From Armatimonadota bacterium (GTDB taxonomy: Bacteria > Armatimonadota > UBA5829 > DTJY01), in the NCBI GenBank assembly GCA_025358205.1, contig JANYKG010000082.1:551-64550 (forward strand): DNA of 64,000 nucleotides. The letters are read 5' to 3'. A program made the position numbers and the translations under genes. The notes under the pieces are model-generated. The model was given only the letters and a program-made list of their open reading frames with translations, ran no database searches and had not been told where the DNA came from. Position 1 is the first letter of the stretch; every line of letters starts with the position of its first letter. Below are positions 7,742 to 17,525 of the stretch, in pieces.

Positions 7742-9415
7742 ATGATTCGTGAGAAACTAGCAGAGAACATCAGAAAAGCGCTTATGTCGGCCAGGGAATC
7801 CGGGGAGTTGGCGTTTGAGAACATGCCGGAGATTGCTCTTGACCCGCCGAAGAACAAGGCGTTCGGCGATTTCACCACCAACGTCGCCATGGTGCTGGCG
7901 GCTCAGTCCGGCGGTGTTCCGCGTGAGATCGCGGCCAGGATTGTTGACAAGTTGGGCGACGCGGGCGGGCTGGTCGTGCGCGCTGAGGTGGCCGGCGCGG
8001 GGTTCATAAACCTCTACGTCAAGCCGGACTGGCTGCATGACGTGCTGAGGCGGATAGGCGTGGAAGGCGCGGATTACGGACATTCCAACGTTGGCAACGG
8101 CGAGAAGATTCAGGTTGAGTACGTCAGTGCGAACCCGAACGGGCCTATTACAGTGGCACACGGCAGGGGCGCGGCAGTTGGCGACACGATTGCGAATCTG
8201 CTGGCGGCGTGTGGGTACGATGTCACTCGCGAGTCGTACATCAATGACGCGCCGAACAGCACGCAGATGCAGAACTTCGGCAAGTCCGTTCATGCCAGGT
8301 ACATGCAGGCATTGGGCAAGGACTACCCCATGCCGGAGGACGGATACCAGGGCGAGTATGTGATGGACATCGCGAAGGATATCGTCAAGGAGTACGGCGA
8401 GAAGTTCCTTGATTTGCCGGTGGACGAGTGCGTGCTGAAGTTCACTCGGATGGCCGAGGATGAGATGCTTGCTCTTCAGAAGCAGAATCTCGCGCAGTTC
8501 GGTGTAAAATTTGACGTGTGGTTTTCCGAGGCGACTCTGCATGAGAGTGGAAAAGTCGAGAAGGCCATTGACGAACTGAAGAAGCGCGGTCATGCCTATG
8601 AGAAGGCAGGAGCACTGTGGCTGAAGTCCACCGCATTTGGGGATGATAAGGACAGGGCGCTGATCAGAAGCAACGGTCAGCCTACGTACATTGCGGCGGA
8701 CACGGCGTATCACTATGACAAGTTCCAGCGGGGCTTTGACAGGATTATTGACTGTTGGGGGCCTGATCACCACGGTTACATCGCTCGCACCAAGGCCGCG
8801 GTGGCGGCGTTGGGCTGTGACCCGGACAAGCTGGAGGTTATCATCTATCAGGCGGTGCGTCTGCTGTCCGGCGGCGAGATCGTCATGATGTCCAAACGGG
8901 CCGGTGACGTGGTGCTGCTTTCCGATCTGATAGACGAGGTAGGCAAGGACGCGGCGAGGTTCTTCTTCCTCATGCGCAGTTCTGACAGCACTTTGGACTT
9001 TGACCTTGAGTTGGCAAAATCGGAATCGTCTGAGAACCCGGTGTTCTATGTGCAGTATGCACATGCGCGGATATGCAGCATTCTTCGGAAGGCCGAGGAT
9101 GTCGGCGTGGCTGTACCCGCAGCCGCGGACGTTGACCTATCCGTGCTGACGGCGGACGGTGAGCTTGATCTGATCAAGAAGCTGGCGGAGTTGCCGGACC
9201 TGATTGCAGAGGCCGCTGCGAAGCGCGAACCGCACAGATTGACAAGGTACGCGCAAGACCTGGCGGCGATATTCCACAAGTTCTACACCGAATGCAGGGT
9301 GGTTGGTGATGACGAGGCTGTGACCAAGGCGCGATTGGTGGTGGTCAAGTCTACTCTGACTGCGCTGGCAAACACGCTGACCGTGCTGGGGATAAGCTCG
9401 CCGGACAAGATGTAG
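7742..9415 (+). CDS. argS: arginine--tRNA ligase
   Basis: 557-aa ORF with the ArgRS N-terminal additional domain and a class I catalytic core. The length is typical. Confidence 0.95.
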   Translation: MIREKLAENIRKALMSARESGELAFENMPEIALDPPKNKAFGDFTTNVAMVLAAQSGGVPREIAARIVDKLGDAGGLVVRAEVAGAGFINLYVKPDWLHDVLRRIGVEGADYGHSNVGNGEKIQVEYVSANPNGPITVAHGRGAAVGDTIANLLAACGYDVTRESYINDAPNSTQMQNFGKSVHARYMQALGKDYPMPEDGYQGEYVMDIAKDIVKEYGEKFLDLPVDECVLKFTRMAEDEMLALQKQNLAQFGVKFDVWFSEATLHESGKVEKAIDELKKRGHAYEKAGALWLKSTAFGDDKDRALIRSNGQPTYIAADTAYHYDKFQRGFDRIIDCWGPDHHGYIARTKAAVAALGCDPDKLEVIIYQAVRLLSGGEIVMMSKRAGDVVLLSDLIDEVGKDAARFFFLMRSSDSTLDFDLELAKSESSENPVFYVQYAHARICSILRKAEDVGVAVPAAADVDLSVLTADGELDLIKKLAELPDLIAEAAAKREPHRLTRYAQDLAAIFHKFYTECRVVGDDEAVTKARLVVVKSTLTALANTLTVLGISSPDKM

Positions 9416-9447
9416 TTGGGGGCTGCCGCTGGGCGGTGGAGGTAAAT

Positions 9448-11502
9448 ATGATGAGCATTCGCAGATTGTTTGTGCTGCTTGCGGTGATTCTTGTCACTGC
9501 TGTGAGCGTATCTGCATCCGGCGCCTACAAGGACCGGGACGGCGGCGCGCACGCGTGGAGTATTGATCCTGCTCATACTCTGATATGGGACAAAGCTGCT
9601 TACGTGCCGTTCGGTGTCGTCTTCGAGCCAAGGTATTTGACCATCGGCCAGACAGAAGCGAACTGGACTGCCGATGAGCAGGATGTAATGGCGTTCAAAC
9701 TCGCCGGCGCAACTGATATTGTCATCAGACCCAGCAAGGGATTGACGACTCTTCCGACGGCTGCGGTTCAGCGGATGATTGATCTGTTGGAGAAGAACGG
9801 CCTCCGATACGGGATTCAACTGTATGATCCCGACTACGCAGTGTTGTTCGGATATGTCATTCAACCCACTGTCTACAGGAACGACGGGCTCACCACGTCG
9901 GGTGAAGTGGCTCATGACCTGCCGGGCGCCGACACGGCGATCTACGCACTGTGCGATGCCAAGACGGGCGAGGTGCGGGACTATGGACGGCAGGACGTGG
10001 TGGATGGGCGGATAGTCACACCGATGGTGATCCGTGACGGAAGCGCGCATGTGATGCTCTACTATCCGCGGCAGCCGATGTCCAGCGCGGGGCTGTATGA
10101 CGTATGGCGCGGCTTTGACCAGCATCGGGACCGGTTGATAGTTTACCTCAGACAGATCAAGTTCGGCCCCGGGCTCAGATTTTTCATGGATCCGTTTGGC
10201 GAGAACTTCGGGATGGGTGGAGAGTCGGACTCGATAGTGCCAACGTCCACGGCATTTCGATTTGAATACGCGGCGTGGCTGACCAAACGATACAGCTCAC
10301 CGGGCAACCTGAACGTTGCCTGGCAGATAATCAAGCACGATGTAAGCTCATTTGACGAGGCGTCTCGGCTGATTCCATTGTGGAAAGACGGCAGGGGCGC
10401 GGCGGTTGTGTATGACGACGCAATGGCCAAGACCTATCTGGCCGATGCGTCCAAATCCACTATATGGAACGACCTGCAGGAGTTCAAGGCATCTTCGATC
10501 CGGTCTTATATGGATGCCATGGCCGACGTTGCCAAGCGCGTATCTGCGGATGTACCGGTTGTCTACACTGCCACCGGCTTGCAGTCTATCTTCAGAGCTA
10601 CCGGTACGGTGGGGTATGACGGACTGGTGATGCCGGACTCTGAGAACGCGAAATCCATGATGCTCAGCGCAGGGTGGACGCTTTCGCTTGCGGAGAGTTC
10701 ATCGCGCAGCATGTGGCTGGTGGCGCACATCAAGCCAACCGGTGGAACTTATCAGAAGAAAGAAGATTTGTTCGGCGCAATGAATACCGCTCACGACCTG
10801 GGCGCAAAGGGATTCTTTGTGGACGACGCGCGCGACTCCGGGGTTGACGGTGCAAACCTGATATCCTGGCTGGCTGAGTACGCAGGTATGAGCGCGGGAG
10901 ACAAGCGATTCGCTTTGTACAAACCGAACGTGCTTTACTATCCCGCGAACATGGCGCAGATAGGAATCAAGCGGCTCTCAAACGGCGCATGGTGGTTGCC
11001 GTCGCTGTCCACCGGCTTTCCATTGAATGTAGGGAAAACTCTGGGCGCATACGGCGTACCTGATCCTGCCACGCTGCAATCCGTTGTCTGCGTGTGGTCT
11101 ATGACCGGCCCACAAACTGTGCAGTTTGCTGCAAGTTCGGCTGTCAGAGTGACCGATGCTTCCGGCGCAATGGTTGACGCTAAGCCAAAGAGAGGGCGCA
11201 TTACTCTGGTATTGAAGGATCAGCCGGTGTTTGTTAGGGGCGTATCGCCGGATGAGTTTATACCAATCAGCATGGTTGAAGAGGCTATCCAGGGTTTGCA
11301 GGATGTCATCGCGCGGGCCGAGCAGAAACGCATGGACACCGGTGACTACAAGCAGAAGCTCAAGAGCGCCAGAGCTATGATGGATGCGAATCAACTCAGT
11401 CTGTGCCTCGATTTGGTTAGGGAGTCAGTTGCCGAGCTGACGCAGAGACTGCGCGGACTTGAGATCATGCCGAATGTGAACTTCGATACCACGGGGAAAT
11501 AG
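9448..11502 (+). CDS. secreted hypothetical protein (cleavable signal peptide)
   Basis: ATG 9448 follows GGTGGAGG. The N-terminus MMSIRRLFVLLAVILVTAVSVSASGA looks like a signal peptide. No confident domain assignment. The track start at 9436 is a GTG extension. Confidence 0.6.
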   Translation: MMSIRRLFVLLAVILVTAVSVSASGAYKDRDGGAHAWSIDPAHTLIWDKAAYVPFGVVFEPRYLTIGQTEANWTADEQDVMAFKLAGATDIVIRPSKGLTTLPTAAVQRMIDLLEKNGLRYGIQLYDPDYAVLFGYVIQPTVYRNDGLTTSGEVAHDLPGADTAIYALCDAKTGEVRDYGRQDVVDGRIVTPMVIRDGSAHVMLYYPRQPMSSAGLYDVWRGFDQHRDRLIVYLRQIKFGPGLRFFMDPFGENFGMGGESDSIVPTSTAFRFEYAAWLTKRYSSPGNLNVAWQIIKHDVSSFDEASRLIPLWKDGRGAAVVYDDAMAKTYLADASKSTIWNDLQEFKASSIRSYMDAMADVAKRVSADVPVVYTATGLQSIFRATGTVGYDGLVMPDSENAKSMMLSAGWTLSLAESSSRSMWLVAHIKPTGGTYQKKEDLFGAMNTAHDLGAKGFFVDDARDSGVDGANLISWLAEYAGMSAGDKRFALYKPNVLYYPANMAQIGIKRLSNGAWWLPSLSTGFPLNVGKTLGAYGVPDPATLQSVVCVWSMTGPQTVQFAASSAVRVTDASGAMVDAKPKRGRITLVLKDQPVFVRGVSPDEFIPISMVEEAIQGLQDVIARAEQKRMDTGDYKQKLKSARAMMDANQLSLCLDLVRESVAELTQRLRGLEIMPNVNFDTTGK

Positions 11503-11505
11503 CTT

Positions 11506-12522
11506 GTGAAGGCTCTCGTCTTCCACAAACCGAACGTTGTCTCTATTGAGGAGCGGCCTATTCCGGCAGTCGGCCAGGGTGAGGCGCTGCTGAAAGTACA
11601 CGCGTGCGGGATTTGTGGGACTGACATCCATATTCTGCACGGTGAGCACATTGTGAAGTTCCCGGTCATACCCGGTCACGAGTTTTCGGGCGAGATCGTG
11701 GAAATCGGCCAGGGCGTGACTAATGTGAAGCCGGGTGACAGGGTGACTGTGGACCCGAACATCACCGACAAGACCTGCTGGTTCTGCAGACGCGGCGAGA
11801 TGCATCTGTGTGAGAATCTGACTGCGGTGGGCGTCAATTACGATGGTGGGTTCGCTGAGTATTGCAGGGTTCCGGCTGAGCAGGCCTATCCGCTGCCTGA
11901 TTCCGTGAGCCTTGATGATGCCGCGTTGGCCGAACCGCTTGCGTGCTGCATACACGGGATGGACAGGGCAGGGGTTACTTCAGGTTCTTCCGTTGTGTTG
12001 CTGGGCGCGGGGTCCATCGGGCTGATGCTGCTGCAGTTGGCGAAATCGGCGGGTGCGGCTCCGGTGATAGTGAGCGAACCCGACGAACGGAAGCGTACAC
12101 TGGCCGCCGGGTTTGGCGCTGACATTGTGCTCGACCCGACTATGGACGATGTGGCGGAACGAGTGATTGCGGAGACGCATGTCGGCGCGGATATCGTTGT
12201 GGAAAGCGCGGGGCGGCCTGAGACTGCCGCGCTGGCGTTGAAGCTTGCGCGTCGGGGCGGCACAGTCCTGCAGTTCGGTGTGGTCGGCCCGGACAGTACG
12301 ATTGCTATCTCGCCGTATGATGTTTTCTACAGGGAGTTGACCCTGTGCGGTTCGTTTGTGAATCCGTTCTCCCATGCCAGAGCGATTGACCTGTTGGCGC
12401 GAGAGAAGGTCAAGGTTGCGCAACTGGTGACTCACAGGTTCCCTCTTGTTTCTGCGGCTGAGGCTTTGCAGACCGCGCAGGGCAGAGACGCAGTGAAAAT
12501 TCTTATTACCCCAAACGAGTAA
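11506..12522 (+). CDS. zinc-dependent alcohol dehydrogenase (MDR family, threonine/sorbitol dehydrogenase-like)
   Basis: GTG start. Catalytic-zinc motif GHEFSGEIVEIG, structural-zinc Cys cluster CWFCRRGEMHLC and Rossmann motif LLGAGSIG are present. Confidence 0.85.
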   Translation: MKALVFHKPNVVSIEERPIPAVGQGEALLKVHACGICGTDIHILHGEHIVKFPVIPGHEFSGEIVEIGQGVTNVKPGDRVTVDPNITDKTCWFCRRGEMHLCENLTAVGVNYDGGFAEYCRVPAEQAYPLPDSVSLDDAALAEPLACCIHGMDRAGVTSGSSVVLLGAGSIGLMLLQLAKSAGAAPVIVSEPDERKRTLAAGFGADIVLDPTMDDVAERVIAETHVGADIVVESAGRPETAALALKLARRGGTVLQFGVVGPDSTIAISPYDVFYRELTLCGSFVNPFSHARAIDLLAREKVKVAQLVTHRFPLVSAAEALQTAQGRDAVKILITPNE

Positions 12523-12528
12523 ACACAA

Positions 12529-13317
12529 ATGCCTGGATTTCGGAAGACGCTTAAGCGGTGGATCAGGGATAGCTATGACTATCTCGGCCTGGTTTTGATA
12601 TACAGCTTTGTATGGTTCGGCGTGTTCCTGGCCGGCATGGGGCTGATCGTCGGAGTCGGCAGAACTGCACATCCGGGTGCGGTGGTCGGCATGAGTCTTG
12701 CGTTCATGGTGTTTGTGCTGTCTCCGCTGGCGGCTGGGGTGTATGCGGCAGCCAAGAAGATGGTGACGAGAGACGACCCGGCAGTGGCGGATGTGTTTCA
12801 CGGCTTCAGGGATTATTTCGCGGATGCATGGCGGCTGGGATTCTGGCAGTTGTTCATCACTCTTATGCTGGTCGCGAACGCGGTGTTTTATTTGCGCAAT
12901 CAAGGGTTGGGGTGGAAGGTGCTGGGCGTGCTGGTCGTTTACGCGTTCATCCTCTGGGCGATGAGCATGCTCTATCATTACCCCATACTCATCGAGCAGA
13001 AGCCGGGCGTGTTGAAGATCCTCAAGCGCGGATTCCTGCTCACACTGGACAATGCTGCCTTTACTCTCGGGGTGTTCTTTGTTATAATTCTGCTCACTTG
13101 CTTCACCGCAGCTACGCTCATCGGCCTGCCGCTGTTGTACCTTGGCATGGCGAGCATCCTTCAAACCAGGCTGCTGCGAGGCGTGTTTGTGAAATATGAT
13201 ATGCTGCCGCCGGAACGAGATTTCGGGTTTGAAGACGTTGATGATCCGGGTTTCAAACTGCCCGATCCTGTGAAACCGGAGGCGCTTGAAGTAGAAGGGG
13301 ATAAGACTGATGGCTGA
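12529..13317 (+). CDS. polytopic membrane protein of unknown function
   Basis: 262-aa ORF with several predicted hydrophobic helices. It overlaps the downstream kinase gene by 8 nt. Confidence 0.6.
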   Translation: MPGFRKTLKRWIRDSYDYLGLVLIYSFVWFGVFLAGMGLIVGVGRTAHPGAVVGMSLAFMVFVLSPLAAGVYAAAKKMVTRDDPAVADVFHGFRDYFADAWRLGFWQLFITLMLVANAVFYLRNQGLGWKVLGVLVVYAFILWAMSMLYHYPILIEQKPGVLKILKRGFLLTLDNAAFTLGVFFVIILLTCFTAATLIGLPLLYLGMASILQTRLLRGVFVKYDMLPPERDFGFEDVDDPGFKLPDPVKPEALEVEGDKTDG

Positions 13318-14242
13318 TATTACCTGTCTGGGCATACTGGTTGCCGATCTCGTGGGAAAACCCGTTGACGAGTTTCCGGGCCGAGGAAAGCTGACGCTGG
13401 TGGACCAACTGGAACTCCACAGCGGCGGATGCGCGGCGAATACCGGGGTCAGCCTGGCGAAGATAGGCATCAGCACGGGCATTATGGGCAAGGTCGGCAC
13501 CGACGGGCTGGGCGACTTCATGGTCGGCGTGCTTGAGAAGAACGGGCTGGATGCGCGAGGTGTTGTGCGCGATGCGAAGGTAGGCACATCGGGAACGATG
13601 GTCATGGTTCACGGCGACGGAGAGCGGAGTTTCATCCATTACCTGGGTGCCAACGCGGCCTTCACCGAGGAAGATGTAGACTTTGGGCTGATGGAAGATA
13701 GTAAGATCCTGCATGTGGCTGGTTCGTTCCTCATGCCCGCGATGGACGGTGAACCGACCGCGCGCGTGCTGAAGAAGGCCCGGGAGATGGGCAAGATCAC
13801 CACACTGGATACGGCATGGGACTCCAAGGGGCGCTGGATGAGCCTGCTGAGACCGTGCCTGCCGTATGTGGACTACTTTGTGCCGAGCATCGAGGAAGCC
13901 AGGATGTGTACCGGCAAACACGAGCCTGCGGATGTGGCGAAGGTTCTCATGGACGGTGGCGTCAAGGTTGTTGGCCTCAAGATGGGCGAGGATGGGTGTT
14001 ACATTCGTTCGGCTGATGAGGAAGTAACGATACCGCGGTTCAATGTGAATGCGGTTGACGCACTGGGCGCCGGCGATGCGTTTGCGGCGGGATTCCTGGT
14101 CGGCGTTCTGAAGGGCTGGGACCTTGAGAAGACCGGTCGGTTCGCGAATGCGGTCGGAGCGCATTGCGTGATGGAGCTTGGGGCGACGACGGGGATCAAG
14201 AGCCTGGACGAGATAATGGCTTTCGTTGAGGCGAGGTCGTAG
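13310..14242 (+). CDS. PfkB-family carbohydrate kinase (ribokinase/KDG-kinase-like)
   Basis: N-terminal motif GGCAAN is present. The C-terminal PfkB signature DALGAGDAFAAGFL is present. Confidence 0.85.
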   Translation: MADITCLGILVADLVGKPVDEFPGRGKLTLVDQLELHSGGCAANTGVSLAKIGISTGIMGKVGTDGLGDFMVGVLEKNGLDARGVVRDAKVGTSGTMVMVHGDGERSFIHYLGANAAFTEEDVDFGLMEDSKILHVAGSFLMPAMDGEPTARVLKKAREMGKITTLDTAWDSKGRWMSLLRPCLPYVDYFVPSIEEARMCTGKHEPADVAKVLMDGGVKVVGLKMGEDGCYIRSADEEVTIPRFNVNAVDALGAGDAFAAGFLVGVLKGWDLEKTGRFANAVGAHCVMELGATTGIKSLDEIMAFVEARS

Positions 14243-14311
14243 GTTAGGCGAGAGAGAGTAAGAGTAAGAGCAAGAGAAGCGAGTAAGAGAAACGAGAGAT
14301 GGTTGCAGAAT

Positions 14312-16966
14312 ATGAAAAGTTATGAACTGAGAGAGCTGTTCCTGAAATTCTTCGAAGAGAAGGGGTGTCTGATTCATCCCAGTGATTCGCTGACGCCTAA
14401 CGACCCGACGCTGCTGTTCACCAGCGCGGGCATGGTTCAGTTCAAGCCCTACTTCACTGGTGAAAGAGTGCCGCCCAAGACGCGCATGACCACATCGCAG
14501 AAGTGTCTACGCACGGGTGATCTGGACATCGTAGGCACCACACCGTTCCATCACACCTTTTTTGAGATGCTGGGCAATTTCTCGTTCGGCGACTACTTCA
14601 AGGAAGAAGCCATCACCTGGGCCTGGGAGTTCATCACCGAGCGACTGAAGATACCGGGCGACCGCATATGGGTCAGCGTCTATCAGACGGACGATGAAGC
14701 CGCGGAGATTTGGGAAAAGAAGATAGGCATCCCCGCGAATCACATCGTTCGCATGGGCGAGAAGAGCAACTACTGGCCGTCCAACGCGCCGAGCGAGGGG
14801 CCGAACGGTCCGTGCGGCCCGTGTTCTGAGATTTTCTATGATTTCGGTGAGGACGTTGGCTGCTGCAAACCGGAGTGCGATCCTGACTGCGACTGTGCGC
14901 GCTTCAGTGAGATATGGAACCTGGTCTTCATGCAGTTCAACCGCGAAGAAGGCGGCAAGCTCACTCCGCTTCCGCGCAAGAATATAGACACAGGTATGGG
15001 GCTGGAGCGCGTAACGGCGATCCTTCAGGGGACGCCCACGAATTTTGAGACTGACTTGTTCATGCCGATTTTGAGCAGGATCAGCGAGATATCAGGCGTG
15101 AAGTACGGCGCGACTGACGGCCCGTCGGATGTTGCCATGCGGGTGATTGCCGATCATTCGCGCGCGATGGTGTTTGCGATCTCGGACGGCGTGATGCCGT
15201 CGAACGTCGGCAGGGGGTACGTGCTGCGCCGGGTGATAAGGCGTGCTGTGCTGAAGGGCAGATCGCTGGGCGTGAAGGAGCTATTCCTCGACAGCCTGAC
15301 ACCGGTCGTCATCGAGATCATGAAGGGGCAGTACCCGGAGTTGGTCGAGCGCGAAGGGCACGTCTGCAGAACCATAAAGTCTGAGGAAGAGAAGTTCAGC
15401 CGCACGCTGGATATGGGCCTTCAGAAACTGGAAGAGGTCATCGAGAGGTTGTCCGGCCATGGCGCGGTGGAAGTGCCGGGAGCCGAGGCTTTTGTCCTAT
15501 ACGATACTTACGGATTCCCGATGGAGCTGACTCAGGAGATAGCGGCTGAGCGCGGTCTGACGGTGGACACAGATAGCTTTGAAGATGCCATGAAAGAGCA
15601 GCGTCGCATGGCGAGAGCGGGCAGCGATATTGCGACCGAGCTGTTCTCGGGGAGCCTATCCGCGCTAACTGAGATCGAGCGATCCGAACCTGCCACGGAG
15701 TTTGTGGGCTACGGCTGTTTCTCTGCGGGTGCGCGCATTGTCGGCATACTGAACGCGGGTGAACTGGTGGATTCAGCATCGGCCGGCGACAAGGTTGATG
15801 TTGTGCTGGACAGGACGCCGTTCTACGCCGAGATGGGCGGCCAGGTGTCGGACATCGGCACGCTGACTCAGGACGGTTCGGTTGTGAAAGTCGAGCACGT
15901 GTCGAAGGTCGGCGGGTTGTACGTCCACTCTGGTGTGGTTCAGTCAGGCTCGATCTCCGCAGACAGCCCGGTTGTTGCCGAGCTGGACGCCGAGTACAGG
16001 CGCGCGATCATGCGGAACCATACCGCGACCCACCTGCTTCACAAGGCGTTGCAGACAGTGCTCGGCGATCATGTGGTGCAGGCCGGTTCATCGGTTGACC
16101 CGGACAGGTTGAGGTTTGACTTTACGCAGAACACGGCAATCCCGACGGACGATCTGGCCAGGATAGAAGAGATAGTCAACGAGGAAATTCTCAACGACGA
16201 CGATGTAGATATCGTAGAAATGTCGCTTGAGGAAGCTCGTTCGGGCGGCGCGATGGCGCTTTTCAGCGAGAAGTATGCCGGAGTTGTGCGCGTGGTTAGC
16301 GTGGGCGATTTCAGCAAGGAATTGTGCGGCGGAACCCATGTGGGCCGGACCGCGCAGATCGGGTCGTTCAAGATACTGAGCGAGGGGAGCGTCGCAGCGG
16401 GCGTGCGGCGGATAGAGGCCGTGACCGGTATGGGCGCCTACAAGTACATGCACGAGCGAGAAGGTTTGCTGGCAACGGTGGCGGAGATGCTTCGTACCAA
16501 CGCTGCCGAGGTGCCGTCGTCTCTGACTCGTTTGATGGAGAGCTTGAGAGCAGCGGAGAAAGAGATCGAAGCGCTGAAGCAGAAGACCGCATCGGGGCAG
16601 GCCGATGAGCTGGCTGCTCAGGCCGTTGAGTGCAATGGCGTGAAGATAATCGCAGCCCGTGTGGAAGGCGGCGATCTTGATATCATGAGTTCTCTTGCCG
16701 ACAGTCTGGCACAGAAGCTGGGGTCGGCGGTGATAGCGCTTGCTTCGCCGAGCAACGAGAAGGTGTTGTTCGTAGTCGAGGTGACCGCTGATCTGGTCAA
16801 GCGCGGATTCAACGCAGGGAACATCGTTCGTGAAGCGGCCAAGGTCGCAGGCGGCGGTGGCGGCGGGCGGCCGGACTTTGCACAGGCAGGCGGACGCGAT
16901 GCCACAAAGCTCGACGAAGCGCTCAGCAAGGTGCGAGAAGTCGTTGAGCAGCAGGCCAAAGCGTGA
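14312..16966 (+). CDS. alaS: alanine--tRNA ligase
   Basis: The AlaRS N-terminus MKSYELRELFLKFFEEKG is canonical and the length is typical. ATG 14312 is preferred over the in-frame TTG at 14303. Confidence 0.95.
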   Translation: MKSYELRELFLKFFEEKGCLIHPSDSLTPNDPTLLFTSAGMVQFKPYFTGERVPPKTRMTTSQKCLRTGDLDIVGTTPFHHTFFEMLGNFSFGDYFKEEAITWAWEFITERLKIPGDRIWVSVYQTDDEAAEIWEKKIGIPANHIVRMGEKSNYWPSNAPSEGPNGPCGPCSEIFYDFGEDVGCCKPECDPDCDCARFSEIWNLVFMQFNREEGGKLTPLPRKNIDTGMGLERVTAILQGTPTNFETDLFMPILSRISEISGVKYGATDGPSDVAMRVIADHSRAMVFAISDGVMPSNVGRGYVLRRVIRRAVLKGRSLGVKELFLDSLTPVVIEIMKGQYPELVEREGHVCRTIKSEEEKFSRTLDMGLQKLEEVIERLSGHGAVEVPGAEAFVLYDTYGFPMELTQEIAAERGLTVDTDSFEDAMKEQRRMARAGSDIATELFSGSLSALTEIERSEPATEFVGYGCFSAGARIVGILNAGELVDSASAGDKVDVVLDRTPFYAEMGGQVSDIGTLTQDGSVVKVEHVSKVGGLYVHSGVVQSGSISADSPVVAELDAEYRRAIMRNHTATHLLHKALQTVLGDHVVQAGSSVDPDRLRFDFTQNTAIPTDDLARIEEIVNEEILNDDDVDIVEMSLEEARSGGAMALFSEKYAGVVRVVSVGDFSKELCGGTHVGRTAQIGSFKILSEGSVAAGVRRIEAVTGMGAYKYMHEREGLLATVAEMLRTNAAEVPSSLTRLMESLRAAEKEIEALKQKTASGQADELAAQAVECNGVKIIAARVEGGDLDIMSSLADSLAQKLGSAVIALASPSNEKVLFVVEVTADLVKRGFNAGNIVREAAKVAGGGGGGRPDFAQAGGRDATKLDEALSKVREVVEQQAKA

Positions 16967-17075
16967 CAGAAGTTATCAGTGACCAGTCATCAGTTATCAG
17001 TTCGGGGCCGACGTGGTTGGTTGTATCGCTGCGTTGGCCTTTGTTCTTCTCTCAGCGTCCGGTGGAGGAAAACCG

Positions 17076-17525
17076 ATGAGGTACATGGGACTCGACGTGG
17101 GCGACAAAACCATAGGCGTGGCGCTGAGCGATGAAGTGGGGCTGACCGCCAATCCGCTGAAGGTGATCGCCAGGACCGGCAGTATCAAGCGCGAGATGGG
17201 CGAGATACGGCGCATCGTGGAGGAATCCGGGATAGGCCGCGTGATTGTCGGTATGCCTTACATGCTTGATGGCAGCGTGGGAATACAGGCCGAGAAGGTT
17301 CAGGAGTTCATAGGAGAGTTGACCAGGCGAGTCAGGGTTGAGGTAGAGACCATTGACGAGCGACTGACCACGATGGAGGCCGAGCGAGTGCTGATAGCGG
17401 CGGACCAGTCTCGTGAGAAGCGCAAGAAAGTGATAGACATGATGGCGGCGGCGGTTCTGCTGCGCGCATACATGGACAAAGAGAGTTATGCCAGGCGTGC
17501 TGAGGAGCGGGTGGATGAAGAGTAG
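17076..17525 (+). CDS. ruvX: Holliday-junction resolvase-like protein RuvX/YqgF
   Basis: ATG 17076 with RBS GGAGG 7 nt upstream. The N-terminus MRYMGLDVGDKTIGVALSD is canonical YqgF. The alaS-ruvX-mltG order is conserved synteny. Confidence 0.85.
   Translation: MRYMGLDVGDKTIGVALSDEVGLTANPLKVIARTGSIKREMGEIRRIVEESGIGRVIVGMPYMLDGSVGIQAEKVQEFIGELTRRVRVEVETIDERLTTMEAERVLIAADQSREKRKKVIDMMAAAVLLRAYMDKESYARRAEERVDEE

Noticed and set aside
7757-9064. 435-aa minus-strand ORF antisense to argS
   Set aside because: argS on the + strand is certain. The antisense ORF has no motifs and an implausible composition.
11980-13605. 541-aa minus-strand ORF overlapping the alcohol dehydrogenase and membrane-protein genes
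   Set aside because: It lies entirely antisense to two well-supported + strand genes. High-GC DNA produces long spurious antisense ORFs. It is Arg/Pro/Ser-rich with no recognisable motifs.
13253-14377. 374-aa minus-strand ORF antisense to the PfkB kinase gene
   Set aside because: It has the same explanation as the other long antisense ORFs in GC-rich coding DNA. The PfkB signature on the + strand is clear.
16967-17075. TTATCAGT direct repeats (AGTTATCAGTGACCAGTCATCAGTTATCAGTT) between alaS and ruvX
   Set aside because: It is short, with only 2-3 imperfect copies and no obvious structure. It is noted but too weak to interpret as a regulatory element.
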